Shown in pieces: positions 46,901-56,647 of a stretch of 64,000 nt of DNA. Under the pieces are notes generated by a model. It was not told the origin of the DNA. It did not search any database and saw only the letters and a program-made list of their open reading frames with translations. This stretch comes from Clostridiales bacterium (GTDB lineage Bacteria > Bacillota > Clostridia > Oscillospirales > UBA644). Position 1 is the stretch's first letter. Each line of letters starts with the position of its first letter. The stretch is from NCBI GenBank assembly GCA_016281915.1, contig JAEEJO010000045.1, forward strand, positions 73 to 64,072, read 5' to 3'. The position numbers and the translations under genes were made by a program.

Positions 46901-48219
46901 TCCGCAAGTGCTGTTATCCTGCCGATATTATCAACAGAGATGACCGAGGGTGCGGAGGAAGTGAACGTGACGTTTTTATTCGCCGCAGAAGAAGGAAGGA
47001 CAGACCATGAAAGCGTAAGCGAGTCTCCTATCTTTGCAAACGTATAGCTGTTTGATGCGAAAGAAACTCCTGAAACGGGCACGTTTTGCGGAATATCAAC
47101 TTTTACCTGCAATTCGGCGGTGATTCCGCTCGAAGAAACAGCCGTTATTTTTGCGGTTCCGTTTGCTACTGCCGTTATTTTGCCGTTTTGGTCGACCGTT
47201 GCCACATTTGAGTCGCTCGATACGAATACGATCGATTTTTCGGTGGTGTTTTTCGGAGAAAGCGAATATGAAACGGTGAACGTTTCGCCCTTTTCGTCAA
47301 AATCTACGGAAGATTGAGCCAAGGTGATCTTTTCAAGAGGGATGACCGCATCAACCTTGAACTTGCATATCGCCTGCTTTTTGTGGTTGTCGGCTACGGC
47401 GTATACGGTCGCTTCACCGTTGCCTACGGGCGTGATTATACCTGTCCCGCCGTCAACGGTAATTGTAACTACGGAACGGTCGGAAGTTATCCATTCAAGA
47501 CCGCGTTCCGTTGTGTTTTCGGGCTCCCAGACGGGGGTGAGGCGGATATTCTCGTCAAGAGTGGTGAACGTATACTCGGAAATATCAAAGTTTACGTCCG
47601 TCATGGGCACGTTTACGTCAACGTTGACGTTTACTGCGCAATAAGCCGTAAAATCGCCCTTGACGGTCCTTGCGGTAATGATTGCAGAACCGTTGGAGAC
47701 CGAAATTACGGTTCCGTTGCTGTCAACGGTCGCTACGGAAGGGTTCGAAGACGACCATAAAACTTCAGGTTCTGTCGCATTTGCAGGGAGGACCTCGCAG
47801 TTCAGCATATATATTTCACCGAAATAGGTGAATTCGTGTTCGCTGCCGGAAAGAGAAATACCCGTAACGTCAACGTATGTCGTTACGGTTATTTTGCAGT
47901 CTGCAAACGCAGTCCCGTCTTCCGAGCGCGCATAGATATGCGCTTCGCCGTCGTTGACCGCGGTTACAATTCCGTATTGAGTTACTGCCGCTACCTTTTC
48001 ATCCGATGATGACCACAGAAGCTTTCTGTTCGTTGCATCGTCGGGCTTAATTACCGCGGCAAGCTGAAAGGTTTGTCCTGTTTCGGAAAACATATGTTCG
48101 GTAGTTAAAAACGAAACGGATGTTACCGGAACGGATTTTTCAAAAAGAGAGCACGAAGCCACCGTGAGAATTACAAGCAGCGCCGTCAAAAAAAGCAGGG
48201 TCAGACTTTTTTTGTTCAT
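43954..48219 (-). CDS. multidomain lipoprotein: five Big_2 repeats, GHL10 (DUF187) glycoside hydrolase-like domain, N-acetylmuramoyl-L-alanine amidase (Amidase_3)
   Basis: Lipobox VASC; WxSS..VATV repeats; WVATVSNIDFPS, HAWVNPYR, GIHFDDYFYPY, PQIYW; LDPGH..E..SIHFN..ILFE. Confidence 0.88.
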   Translation of the reverse strand: MNKKSLTLLFLTALLVILTVASCSLFEKSVPVTSVSFLTTEHMFSETGQTFQLAAVIKPDDATNRKLLWSSSDEKVAAVTQYGIVTAVNDGEAHIYARSEDGTAFADCKITVTTYVDVTGISLSGSEHEFTYFGEIYMLNCEVLPANATEPEVLWSSSNPSVATVDSNGTVISVSNGSAIITARTVKGDFTAYCAVNVNVDVNVPMTDVNFDISEYTFTTLDENIRLTPVWEPENTTERGLEWITSDRSVVTITVDGGTGIITPVGNGEATVYAVADNHKKQAICKFKVDAVIPLEKITLAQSSVDFDEKGETFTVSYSLSPKNTTEKSIVFVSSDSNVATVDQNGKITAVANGTAKITAVSSSGITAELQVKVDIPQNVPVSGVSFASNSYTFAKIGDSLTLSWSVLPSSAANKNVTFTSSAPSVISVDNIGRITALAEGTAVITVKTEDGGFTADFSATVEKQPEPEPNITGDITIGAASDGLKGLWVATVSNIDFPSKKGLSAAELKAEIDTIVNNAYDWGYNAIFLQVRPKSDAIYYSSLFPSSDCVVEKQGDPLPIDCLEYFITAAHSKGIELHAWVNPYRITQSGNGGHNISDLAESNPARNHPEWVVKHSDGAAYYNPGLPEVRKLIIDGILEIVNNYNVDGIHFDDYFYPYNDASKFADSAEYEKYKAEGQSLADWRRSNNDALVSQTAAAVKAAKQSVAFGISPSGVWALKANNSLGTNIKSSSESYYQVYADTRKWVVNEWIDYICPQIYWEIDHSTAPFKPITDWWNDLVSKTKVKLYIGIAAYKGASVAAYKSPSEIQNQLNYLKTKDSVAGVVMFSYKDVAKNVAGIRDTSKTYFKSGTTGVEAATDKLVLSYSSLSVENSTSKTFIIGVSDPNYPLYIDGEEVTTRSPKGYFTHMVSVPKTGENHYKIEHKGETVDYIIKKSGAYSEPKTMSSFGFVSGSCAPKYDRAEKSGTKINFSCTATAGSKVYVIIGDYTVDLSTTDKDSTDGSFRRAWYEGSFVLPDIQGNAVLGTPEFVIEKNGYDTVRYRGNNTIEVINNPEDYVVEFTGDFPAQLKPDLKVTGEEYLYATIGALDTVVSKYNGNVLLGSGYYTVTDNVKRVENMSIPYSATGRITVTQSSDGKYTNIVIPTDAKTMNTIWMSDTKADITLYNLSALPAEFTLPENPLFSGVSVSRVDSTTARITLTYKKELYIFGYTAYFENGALIIAFKNPASLYDSNNYPLYGIRISLDPGHSLNGGALGPWGRIKWTEADWNYELSRLVESRLINLGATVYLTHHRELEKDLDPLILEYRAWKPDINVSIHFNYVGETANPLNTSGTVTYYSYSSSKLLSKVMLDEFTEATGLKKNSYKIGYYKVSMFPDFPSILFETAFLSNIYDYEWFTDSDNMEKAADAIVQGIVEYFRKQS

Positions 48220-48251
48220 GTGTTTTCTCCGTTATTTGTTGTGTGTTGTGT

Positions 48252-48995
48252 TCAGTTTTTCTTTCTTATAAGTATTATCGGTGTGCACTGGTCGTCCTGT
48301 CCGGCAGGGTTGTCTCTTACGATATCTTCAAGAACGGGTACGGCGATATCGAGAGCGTCACATTTGCCGAGAAGCTTAACGGAAATATCGCATGCATCCA
48401 CTATCATGCATTTGATTCCGAGCTTTTCGTATATCTCATTGCATACGCCTGACGGATTCTCCGGGTTGAGTATGCCGTAGTTGACGTATTCCTTATATGA
48501 AATATCATAATCGATAAGTCCGTCTATGCCGTCAACTTCGTGACCGCAGACCTTATAAAAAACGCCTTTGATCCCGAACAGCTTCGTAACTGCCGAGCAG
48601 AACGTTGCCAGAAGAACTCTCGGCAGACCGCAGAGCATAATTATGAGCTGCATTTTATGCGGTGTTCCGGCGCCGGGTCCTGCGGGTGTGACGTGAACGA
48701 ATTTGCAAAGCAGCTTCGCCCAGAATCCGGGATGGATATCCTTGCGGTATACGATACGTTTCTGACACAGTGCGATTATCTTTTCGCTTATGGAAATAAA
48801 ATCTCCTTCTTTTATATGCGGAAGGGCATATTCCTTTATTACTTCGATATAATCGTCACCGATATTTACAAAGCGCGTTTTTATCGCATAACGCTCATAT
48901 TCGGTATCCCCGACTTTTCTTACTATCTGTTTGTTTTCGTTCGGTCTGAGCTGTGATTCGGTGATCTCTGTATTGATGTCGGAATTATCTGTCAT
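48252..48995 (-). CDS. coenzyme F420-0:L-glutamate ligase (CofE)-like protein
   Basis: ISEKIIA..Q.R, IDG, VD..D, DNPAGQDDQCTP. Confidence 0.75.
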   Translation of the reverse strand: MTDNSDINTEITESQLRPNENKQIVRKVGDTEYERYAIKTRFVNIGDDYIEVIKEYALPHIKEGDFISISEKIIALCQKRIVYRKDIHPGFWAKLLCKFVHVTPAGPGAGTPHKMQLIIMLCGLPRVLLATFCSAVTKLFGIKGVFYKVCGHEVDGIDGLIDYDISYKEYVNYGILNPENPSGVCNEIYEKLGIKCMIVDACDISVKLLGKCDALDIAVPVLEDIVRDNPAGQDDQCTPIILIRKKN

Positions 48996-48996
48996 T

Positions 48997-49347
48997 TCAG
49001 ACGATCCTTTCGGGTAGTTTTTCTCCGCCTAAAAGGTGGAAGTGTATATGCTTTACGGACTGTGCGCCGTCTTCGCCGCAGTTGTTTATTATTCTGTATC
49101 CGTTTTCAAGTCCGAGAGAACGTGCGGTTTTCTTTATTGCTATAAATATATCGGCTATTATCCCGGCGTTTTCCTCTGTAATATCGTCTGCGGAAGAGAG
49201 GATATGGTCTTTCGGTATAAAAACGACGTGGATGGGCGCCTGGGGCGCGATATCTTTAAAAGCAACAACATTGTCGTCCTCATAAACCTTTGAAGAGGGG
49301 ATCTCTCCCGCGGCGATTTTGCAGAAAATGCAGTCGTCTTTTTTCAT
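48997..49347 (-). CDS. histidine triad (HIT) nucleotide-binding protein
   Basis: CIFCKI, HIHFHLLGG; start ATG 49347. Confidence 0.93.
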   Translation of the reverse strand: MKKDDCIFCKIAAGEIPSSKVYEDDNVVAFKDIAPQAPIHVVFIPKDHILSSADDITEENAGIIADIFIAIKKTARSLGLENGYRIINNCGEDGAQSVKHIHFHLLGGEKLPERIV

Positions 49348-49384
49348 TTCAGTTCCTTCCTTTCGGTTTCGGGCTGTCATTGTC

Positions 49385-49417
49385 CGGACAGACAGGCCTT
49401 TCGGCCTGTTTTGTCCG
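49385..49417 (-). terminator. hairpin after alaS (terminator or processing stem)
   Basis: CGGACAAAACAGGCC-gaaa-GGCCTGTCTGTCCG on the minus strand; no U-tract. Confidence 0.45.
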
Positions 49418-49425
49418 ATTATATA

Positions 49426-52044
49426 TTATTTTAACGAACCAATCGCTTCGCAAAGCGCTTCTTCGGTTTTTGAAGCGTCTTTACCGCCTGCGGTAGCGCT
49501 GTCGGGTCTTCCGCCGCCTCCTCCTCCGCAGATGAGCGCGGCTTTCTTTACGATATTGCCTGCGTGTGCTCCGTTTTTAACGGCGTTTTTACCGCATGCG
49601 CATGCAAAGCTTACTTTGCCGCTTTCACTGTCTTTCGAAGCAAGGATTATAACGGCGTTTTCGTCTTTGTCCTTTACCTTGTCGCACATTTCACGAAGGA
49701 TATCTGCTTTTGCGTCGATGATACCCGAAACGAGTGTGAATTTATCTGTTTTTTCAGCTTTTGCAAGAAGTTCGTCGAGCGAAGCGAGGGCGATAGCTGA
49801 GTTGAGTTCCGCGATCTGTTTTTCCGCAGCCTTAAGCTCTGCAGCAGCCTGCTCTGCCTTGGCGGCAATATCGTTCACGTTGCATTTGAATACCTGAGCG
49901 GTCTTGGCGATCAGAGCGTTTTTCTCGTCTATATAGTCAAGAACGTTTGCGCCTGTTATGGCTTCTATCCTTCTTACGCCCGCAGATATGCCCTGTTCGG
50001 CAAGGATCTTGAAGCAGCCGATCATTCCGGTATTGTCAACGTGCGTTCCGCCGCAAAGCTCCGTGGAAACATCACCCATTTTGACAACACGGACTTTTTC
50101 ACCGTATTTCTCGCCGAAAAGCGCGATCGCTCCGGTCTTTTTCGCTTCTTCAAGGGACATTTCGGTTTTAGTAACCGGAATAGCTTCTAAGATATGAGCG
50201 TTGACTGTTTTTTCCACTTTGCTTATCTGTTCGGGAGTCATCGCTTCGAAATGCGAAAAGTCAAAACGGGCGCGTTTTGCATCTACGTATGAACCTGCCT
50301 GGGCCACGTGAGTGCCGAGGACTTCTCTCAGCGCGGACTGCAGCAGATGAACTGAGCTGTGATTTCTCATGATGCTCTCTCTGTTTTCTCTGTCTACCTC
50401 AGCCTGAACACAGTCTCCTACCGTCAGCTCTCCCTCTTCGATGTGACCGTAGTGAACGAATATTCCGTTGACGCGCTTAACATCGTTTATCTTTATTACC
50501 GCGTCATCTTTTGTGAGATATCCTTTGTCGCCCACCTGTCCGCCGCTTTCGCCGTAGAACGGTGTTTTGTCAAGAACTATCTGCACTTCCGCACCTGTAA
50601 ACGCTTCGGATACGCGTTCACTGTTTATCACAAGAGCAAGAACTTCGGCGTCGCCTTCAAGCGCGTCATAACCGGTAAACACTGTTTTTGCTACGCCTTC
50701 AAGCGTTTCGTCGCCTTTCCATGCCGTGTCGTTTCCTCTTGCGGCTCTCGCCTTCTCCTTCTGTTCTTTCATAAGGGCGTTATAACCGTCTTCGTCAACG
50801 GTCATGCCTTTTTCTTCAAGGATCTCAAGAGTTAGATCAAGCGGGAAACCGAAAGTATCGTAAAGTCTGAAAGCGTCTTCTCCGGAAAGAACGGTCTTTC
50901 CTTCGGCGGTGAGCTTATCGGTAAGGTCAGAAAGAAGAACGAGACCTCTGTCGATGGTCTGGTTAAACGAGTTTTCTTCGTTTTCGATTACTTTCTTTAT
51001 ATAATCTGCTTTTTCTACAAGATCGGGATACGCGTTGCCGCTTTCACGTATTACAACGTCTACAAGCTCACAGAGGAAATGGCTGTCTTTTATGCCGAGA
51101 AGCTTTCCGTGACGCGCTGCCCTGCGAAGAAGTCTGCGAAGAACGTATCCTCTGCCTTCGTTTGATGGCAGAACGCCGTCGCAAACCATAAACGTTGTGC
51201 TTCTTATGTGGTCGGTAACTACTCTCAGCGAAACGTCCGCTTCGGGAGATTCGCCGTATTTTTTAGCCGACATTTCAGAAAGACGTTCGGTGATGTTTTT
51301 GATCGTGTCAACGTCAAAAAGCGAGTCAACGCCCTGCATGATGCATGCGAGACGCTCAAGTCCCATACCGGTATCTATGTTCTTTTTCTCAAGAAGGGAA
51401 TAGTTGCCGTTACCGTCGTTGTTGAACTGTGTGAAGACGAGATTCCAGAACTCAACGTATCTGTCGCAGTCGCAGCCAACCTTACAGTCCGGCTTGCCGC
51501 ATCCTTTTTCGGGACCGCGGTCAAAATATATCTCGCTGCAGGGTCCGCAGGGACCGGAGCCGTGTTCCCAGAAATTGTCTTCTTTTCCCAGACGGGAAAC
51601 GTGAGAAGGATCAACGCCTACTTCTTTTGTCCATATATCGTAAGCCTCATCGTCATCCTGATATACGGTGACGTAAAGCTTTTCTTCGGGCAGTTTCATT
51701 ACCTGTGTAACAAATTCCCATGCCCAAGCCGTCGCTTCATGCTTGAAATAGTCTCCGAACGAGAAGTTGCCGAGCATTTCAAAAAACGTTCCGTGGCGCG
51801 ACGTCTTTCCTACGCGCTCTATATCGGGCGTTCTTATGCATTTCTGGCAGGTCGTTACACGTTTTCTCGGCGGGGTCTGCTGTCCGGTGAAAAACGGTTT
51901 TAAGGGCGTCATGCCCGCATTGATGAGAAGAATGCTTTTGTCGTTCTGAGGTACGAGCGGAAAAGATTCCATTCTCAGATGTCCTTTGGACTCAAAAAAA
52001 CTGAGATATTTTTCACGTATCTCATTAAGACCCATGAATTCCAT
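49426..52044 (-). CDS. alaS: alanine--tRNA ligase
   Basis: HGTFFEMLGNFSFGDYFK, IDTGMGLER, HxxxH and ELCGGTH editing motifs, GGGGR. Confidence 0.98.
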   Translation of the reverse strand: MEFMGLNEIREKYLSFFESKGHLRMESFPLVPQNDKSILLINAGMTPLKPFFTGQQTPPRKRVTTCQKCIRTPDIERVGKTSRHGTFFEMLGNFSFGDYFKHEATAWAWEFVTQVMKLPEEKLYVTVYQDDDEAYDIWTKEVGVDPSHVSRLGKEDNFWEHGSGPCGPCSEIYFDRGPEKGCGKPDCKVGCDCDRYVEFWNLVFTQFNNDGNGNYSLLEKKNIDTGMGLERLACIMQGVDSLFDVDTIKNITERLSEMSAKKYGESPEADVSLRVVTDHIRSTTFMVCDGVLPSNEGRGYVLRRLLRRAARHGKLLGIKDSHFLCELVDVVIRESGNAYPDLVEKADYIKKVIENEENSFNQTIDRGLVLLSDLTDKLTAEGKTVLSGEDAFRLYDTFGFPLDLTLEILEEKGMTVDEDGYNALMKEQKEKARAARGNDTAWKGDETLEGVAKTVFTGYDALEGDAEVLALVINSERVSEAFTGAEVQIVLDKTPFYGESGGQVGDKGYLTKDDAVIKINDVKRVNGIFVHYGHIEEGELTVGDCVQAEVDRENRESIMRNHSSVHLLQSALREVLGTHVAQAGSYVDAKRARFDFSHFEAMTPEQISKVEKTVNAHILEAIPVTKTEMSLEEAKKTGAIALFGEKYGEKVRVVKMGDVSTELCGGTHVDNTGMIGCFKILAEQGISAGVRRIEAITGANVLDYIDEKNALIAKTAQVFKCNVNDIAAKAEQAAAELKAAEKQIAELNSAIALASLDELLAKAEKTDKFTLVSGIIDAKADILREMCDKVKDKDENAVIILASKDSESGKVSFACACGKNAVKNGAHAGNIVKKAALICGGGGGGRPDSATAGGKDASKTEEALCEAIGSLK

Positions 52045-52087
52045 GATATTGATTACCCCTTGATAATATTGAAATTTTATTTTTAGC

Positions 52088-52957
52088 TTAATTAAAAATA
52101 GTTTTGTATACTCCGCAGAAACGCGGATCCATACTGTTTTTCAGCTTCAATACGGCTTTCGAGGCATCCCGGCTGTTTTCGAATATACCAAAAACGGCAG
52201 GTCCGCTGCCCGACATCTCCGCGGCAAGAGCGCCGAGAGAAAGAAGCAGTTCTTTTATTGCGGAAATCTTTTTCGATTTTCTTTCCGAAACGGCGGTGAG
52301 CATGTTTGAAACATGTTTCCATCTCTCTTTTCCCGCAAGGAACGCCCCCGTGGAAGGTTTCGGCAAAGAAGCTTTGTTATTGTAAAAAAGTTCGTCGAAT
52401 TCTCTGTAAATATCACCTGAAAAGATGGTTTCTTCAGGAACGATCAAAGCGATGAAAAAATCTCCGGCAGAAAAAGGCCCTGAAACGATCTCACCGATCC
52501 CTTCCGTCTTCATGCATCCGCCCCTGATGAAAAACGGCACGTCCGCCCCCAGCCTTGCGCCGAGTGCTTCAAGCGTATGTGCGTCTGCATTTATTCCGAA
52601 ATAATCATTGAGCGCTTTCAGCGTTTCGGCACAGTCCGAGCTGCCTCCGCCCAGACCCGCGCCTACGGGAATGTCTTTTTCTATGAATATCTCAACATTC
52701 TTTCCGCAGATGCCGAACTCTTTGAAAAAAAGGTCGCATGCGCGAAAACATATATTCTTTTCGTCTGTAGGCAGTGCTTTATCGGACGATGAGACAGTTA
52801 TCGAGTTTTCTGCGTCATTTCTTTCTGAAAAACGGAAAGTCAGAGTGTCGCAAAGCGATACCGTCTGCATGACGGATTCTATACTGTGATATCCGTCGTC
52901 TCTTTTGCCTGTGATATCGAGCGTGAGGTTGATTTTGGCATATGCTGTGTATGTCAT
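52088..52957 (-). CDS. ispE: 4-diphosphocytidyl-2-C-methyl-D-erythritol kinase
   Basis: AKINL, DGYH, IPVGAGLGGGSSD, GADVPFF, MSGSG. Confidence 0.95.
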   Translation of the reverse strand: MTYTAYAKINLTLDITGKRDDGYHSIESVMQTVSLCDTLTFRFSERNDAENSITVSSSDKALPTDEKNICFRACDLFFKEFGICGKNVEIFIEKDIPVGAGLGGGSSDCAETLKALNDYFGINADAHTLEALGARLGADVPFFIRGGCMKTEGIGEIVSGPFSAGDFFIALIVPEETIFSGDIYREFDELFYNNKASLPKPSTGAFLAGKERWKHVSNMLTAVSERKSKKISAIKELLLSLGALAAEMSGSGPAVFGIFENSRDASKAVLKLKNSMDPRFCGVYKTIFN

Positions 52958-52959
52958 GT

Positions 52960-54123
52960 TTACCTCTTTAAATATTTTTCAAGCCGCTCCACGGCTTTTT
53001 TAAGGTGGTCAAGCGAGTATGCATAAGAGATGCGGATGAATCCTTCACCGCTTTCTCCGAATGCGCTGCCCGGCACAACGGCGACATGCGCCTTTTCGAG
53101 AAAATCGTTGCAGAAGTCTTCTGAATTTGCCGCGAACCCCGATATATTCGGAAAAACGTAAAAGGCGCCTTTCGGTTCAAAGCAGGGAACGGAGAGCGAC
53201 TGAAACGCATCGAGAAGAAAACGTCTTCTCATGTTGTAGTTTTGCCGCATATACTCGATGTCATCGTCTCCGTTTTTCAGAGCTTCTATGGCTGCATACT
53301 GCGAAACTGTCGGAGTGCACATGATTCCGTACTGATGTATCTTCAGCGCCGCTTTCATTATTTCTTTCGGACCGCATGCAAAGCCTATTCTCCAGCCCGT
53401 CATTGCGTACGTTTTGGAAAAACCGTTAACAACAACGGTCCTTTCTTTCATTCCCTCCGTCTGTGCAAACGAAAAAGCCGGAGAACCTGAATAGTTCAGC
53501 TCTATGTATATCTCATCGGAAAGAACGAGTACGTCCGTCCCTTTGAGTACCGCGGCTATTTTTTCACAGTCTTCTTTAAGCATCAGCGCGCCGGTGGGAT
53601 TATTCGGATATGGCATTATCAGAAGCTTTGTTTTTTCTGTAATAGCGTTTTTCACGGTTTCCGGCATAAGCTTGAACCCGTCTTTTTCATATGTGGGCAG
53701 AATAACGGGTTTGCCGCCCGCAAGCTCGGTTAGAGGGGCGTAGCATACAAAACTCGGCTCAGGGATGAGAACTTCGTCTCCGAAAGAAACGACCGAACGT
53801 ATGATATTGTCTATTGCCTCGCTTCCTCCCACGGTCACCGTGATTTCCGACACCGGGTCGTAGTCAAGCGCAAATCTGCGATTCATATATGCGGCTATTT
53901 CTTCTCTGAGCGGCATAAGACCGGCATTCGACGTATATCGGGTCTGTCCTTTCGAAAGTGCGTCTATTGCCGCCTGACGTATGTGCCACGGAGTTTTGAA
54001 GTCAGGCTCGCCGACACCGAGAGCTATTACGTCGGGAATCCTCTCGGCAACGTCAAAAAATTTCCTTATGCCCGAAGGCTTCAGATTTCTTGCCGTATCT
54101 GTAAGAAGTTTTTCATATTCCAT
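52960..54123 (-). CDS. class I/II aminotransferase (YugH-like)
   Basis: PSGIRKFF, GEPDF, PNNPTG, DEIY, SKTYAMTGWRIG. Confidence 0.92.
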   Translation of the reverse strand: MEYEKLLTDTARNLKPSGIRKFFDVAERIPDVIALGVGEPDFKTPWHIRQAAIDALSKGQTRYTSNAGLMPLREEIAAYMNRRFALDYDPVSEITVTVGGSEAIDNIIRSVVSFGDEVLIPEPSFVCYAPLTELAGGKPVILPTYEKDGFKLMPETVKNAITEKTKLLIMPYPNNPTGALMLKEDCEKIAAVLKGTDVLVLSDEIYIELNYSGSPAFSFAQTEGMKERTVVVNGFSKTYAMTGWRIGFACGPKEIMKAALKIHQYGIMCTPTVSQYAAIEALKNGDDDIEYMRQNYNMRRRFLLDAFQSLSVPCFEPKGAFYVFPNISGFAANSEDFCNDFLEKAHVAVVPGSAFGESGEGFIRISYAYSLDHLKKAVERLEKYLKR

Positions 54124-54129
54124 ATCCGG

Positions 54130-54621
54130 TCAAAACTCCGTCATTACTCTCGTGTCTTTTTCTCTCTCGTCAAATATAACGCCTTTATCTTTATATTTAT
54201 TGAGCACAAAATGCGTGGCAGTTCCGGTAACACCGTCGATCACCGCGAGTTTTTCAACAACAAACAGCGCTACCTCTCTCATGCTTTTTCCTTCAATCAT
54301 AACAGCGAGGTCGAAGCCGCCGGACATAAGAAAAACGGAAACCACTTCGTCAAATGCGCATATGCTTCTCGCAACGCTGTCAAATCCTTCGCCTTTTTCG
54401 GGCTGGACCTTTATTTCTATCATCGCCGAAACGTAATCTCTGGCAGTTTTATCCCAGTTGATGAGCGCCTTGTAGCCGAGGATCGTTCCGTCGTCTATAC
54501 ACGAAGCGATAACGTCTGCTACCTGCTGCTCGGTAACGTCAAGAGCGTCGGCAATGTTTTTTGCGGAAAATCTGCAGTCTGTTTCAAGAAAACGAAGGAC
54601 TTTTTCTTTCAGATTAATCAT
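54130..54621 (-). CDS. Lrp/AsnC family regulator (YugG-like)
   Basis: N-terminal HTH, LMSGGFDL, TATHFVL.KYK; paired with the aminotransferase. Confidence 0.9.
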   Translation of the reverse strand: MINLKEKVLRFLETDCRFSAKNIADALDVTEQQVADVIASCIDDGTILGYKALINWDKTARDYVSAMIEIKVQPEKGEGFDSVARSICAFDEVVSVFLMSGGFDLAVMIEGKSMREVALFVVEKLAVIDGVTGTATHFVLNKYKDKGVIFDEREKDTRVMTEF

Positions 54622-54657
54622 TTCACTCAGTTCCTTTCGGAAAATGCTGTTTGAGTA

Positions 54658-55467
54658 TCATATTTTATGAAAAACGGGCGTCTGTTTTTCAAAAGTGGCT
54701 ATCTCGGCAAAACCCGCCTGCTTTATCATTTCGTAAGCTTCAGATATACCGAGCCCGACTCTTTCTGCCCGGTGCGCGTCGCTGCCCACGGTAATTATCT
54801 TTCCTCCGAGACTTCTGAACATCTTTGCATATTTCAGTCCCGGGACAAAATCTGCAAATTTATCGTTAAGCGCGCTCGTGTTTATTTCAAGACCGATATC
54901 CTTTTTTGCGCACAGCTCCAGAACTGCGTATATCTGTTCGTCAAAAGCCGAAAGGTCAACGGTAAGTCCCGCACGGTATATATATCTGACGGGGTAGTAA
55001 AGATGTGTCAGAGAAGAAAACCCTCCGAAAAGCACCGTTTCATAAAGCTGGTCGAAATATTGAGAAAAAAGCGCAGGAATATCCTTGTTTTTATAGTCGA
55101 TATAGTAAAAATCAAGTTCGTTTACAACGTTGTGAAGCGAGCCGAGGATAAAATCCCATTTATACGCCGCCGTCATCTTTGCGGCATATTCTGCGCCCTG
55201 TGTCGCCTGACCGAGCTCAAGCCCGATATTGATTTTTACGGGCGACGTTTCTCTCAGCTTTTCAAATGTTTTTGTATAGTTCACAACGTCAAGATCCGGC
55301 CACGGTTCTTCGTCGGGAGGGAGCGCGGCATTGTTATTGCATTCGCAATGCTCTGTAACCGTGATTTCAGAAAGACCGGCTGCCGCCGCCGCTTTTATCG
55401 CCTCTTCGGGCATCTGTTTGCCGTCGGCTGAAAAAACGGTGTGAATGTGACTGTCTGCCTTAAACAT
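54658..55467 (-). CDS. histidinol-phosphatase, PHP/HisJ family
   Basis: DSHIHT.FS.D, TEH, GSLH, EINTS, GSDAH. Confidence 0.85.
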   Translation of the reverse strand: MFKADSHIHTVFSADGKQMPEEAIKAAAAAGLSEITVTEHCECNNNAALPPDEEPWPDLDVVNYTKTFEKLRETSPVKINIGLELGQATQGAEYAAKMTAAYKWDFILGSLHNVVNELDFYYIDYKNKDIPALFSQYFDQLYETVLFGGFSSLTHLYYPVRYIYRAGLTVDLSAFDEQIYAVLELCAKKDIGLEINTSALNDKFADFVPGLKYAKMFRSLGGKIITVGSDAHRAERVGLGISEAYEMIKQAGFAEIATFEKQTPVFHKI

Positions 55468-56602
55468 GTTTGATTGCGTTGAGAAGCTCTGTGGTCATAT
55501 CGCAGTTTTCCCACTTTACGCCGAGATCTTCGCGGCCGAAATGACCGTATGCGGAAAGAGGCTGATAGATCGGTTTTCTAAGATCGAGCTTTTCTATGAT
55601 CGCCTTCGGACGGAGATCGAAAACTTCGCGGACTGTTTTCGTAAGGGCTTCATCGGGAATTATTCCCGTGCCGAACGTGTCGACGTAAACTGAGACGGGT
55701 TCCGCCACGCCGATAGCGTAGGCGACCTGAATTTCGCATTTTTTCGCGATCCCCGCTTTAACGATATTTTTCGCGATGTAACGCGTCATGTAGGCCGCGC
55801 TTCTGTCGACCTTTGTGGGGTCCTTGCCGGAAAACGCTCCGCCTCCGTGACGTGCGTATCCGCCGTATGTGTCAACTATTATCTTTCTTCCCGTCAGTCC
55901 GCTGTCACCCTGAGGACCGCCTATTACAAACTGACCGGTAGGATTGACAAAGATATTTGTGTTTTTATCGATCATATCTTCAGGGATTATCGGTTTTATT
56001 ACCTCTTCGGTAAGTCCCTCTCTTATCGCATCATAATTTACCACGGGCGAATGCTGCGCGGAAATAACTATCTCGCTTATGCGGACGGGTCTGTCGTTTT
56101 CATATTCTACCGTGACCTGTGTTTTTCCGTCAGGGCGCAGAAAACCTAGAGTTCCCTGTTTTCTTACGTCGGTCAGCCTTTTTGCAAGCTTGTGCGCATA
56201 ATATATGGGCATGGGCATAAGCGTATCCGTTTCGTCGCAGGCAAAGCCGAACATCATTCCCTGGTCGCCCGCACCGTCACGGTCAACTCCGAGCGCGATA
56301 TCTGCAGACTGATCTTCGATCGACGTTAAAACGGAACAGGTCGAGCCGTCAAAACCGTATTTTGCGCGGTCGTAACCGATACCGTTGATCACTTCTCTGA
56401 CGATATGGGGGATTTCAACGTAACATTCTGTTGTGATCTCGCCCATTATCAGCACCATACCGGTCGTGACGCATGTTTCGCATGCAACGCGAGCAACGGG
56501 ATCGAGTGCGATTATCGCGTCAAGAACTGCATCGGAAATTCTGTCGCATATTTTATCGGGATGTCCTTCTGTAACTGATTCTGATGTAAAAACTCTTTTC
56601 AT
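55460..56602 (-). CDS. metK: S-adenosylmethionine synthetase
   Basis: [28 protein letters not shown]. Confidence 0.98.
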   Translation of the reverse strand: MKRVFTSESVTEGHPDKICDRISDAVLDAIIALDPVARVACETCVTTGMVLIMGEITTECYVEIPHIVREVINGIGYDRAKYGFDGSTCSVLTSIEDQSADIALGVDRDGAGDQGMMFGFACDETDTLMPMPIYYAHKLAKRLTDVRKQGTLGFLRPDGKTQVTVEYENDRPVRISEIVISAQHSPVVNYDAIREGLTEEVIKPIIPEDMIDKNTNIFVNPTGQFVIGGPQGDSGLTGRKIIVDTYGGYARHGGGAFSGKDPTKVDRSAAYMTRYIAKNIVKAGIAKKCEIQVAYAIGVAEPVSVYVDTFGTGIIPDEALTKTVREVFDLRPKAIIEKLDLRKPIYQPLSAYGHFGREDLGVKWENCDMTTELLNAIKHV

Positions 56603-56607
56603 AACAA

Positions 56608-56647
56608 AACTCCTTTGGGCAACGAACCCGGTTTCACCTTATGAGTT
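56608..56647 (-). promoter_or_regulatory. candidate SAM-III(SMK)-like translational riboswitch
   Basis: AACUC-AUAAGG...CC-CAAA-GG-AGUU; the 5' AACUC pairs with GAGUU overlapping the metK SD. Confidence 0.4.

Noticed and set aside
54667-55431. 254-aa plus-strand ORF and similar long antisense ORFs over smc, alaS, ftsY and the esterase
   Set aside because: Fully overlap well-supported genes on the opposite strand and lack motifs.
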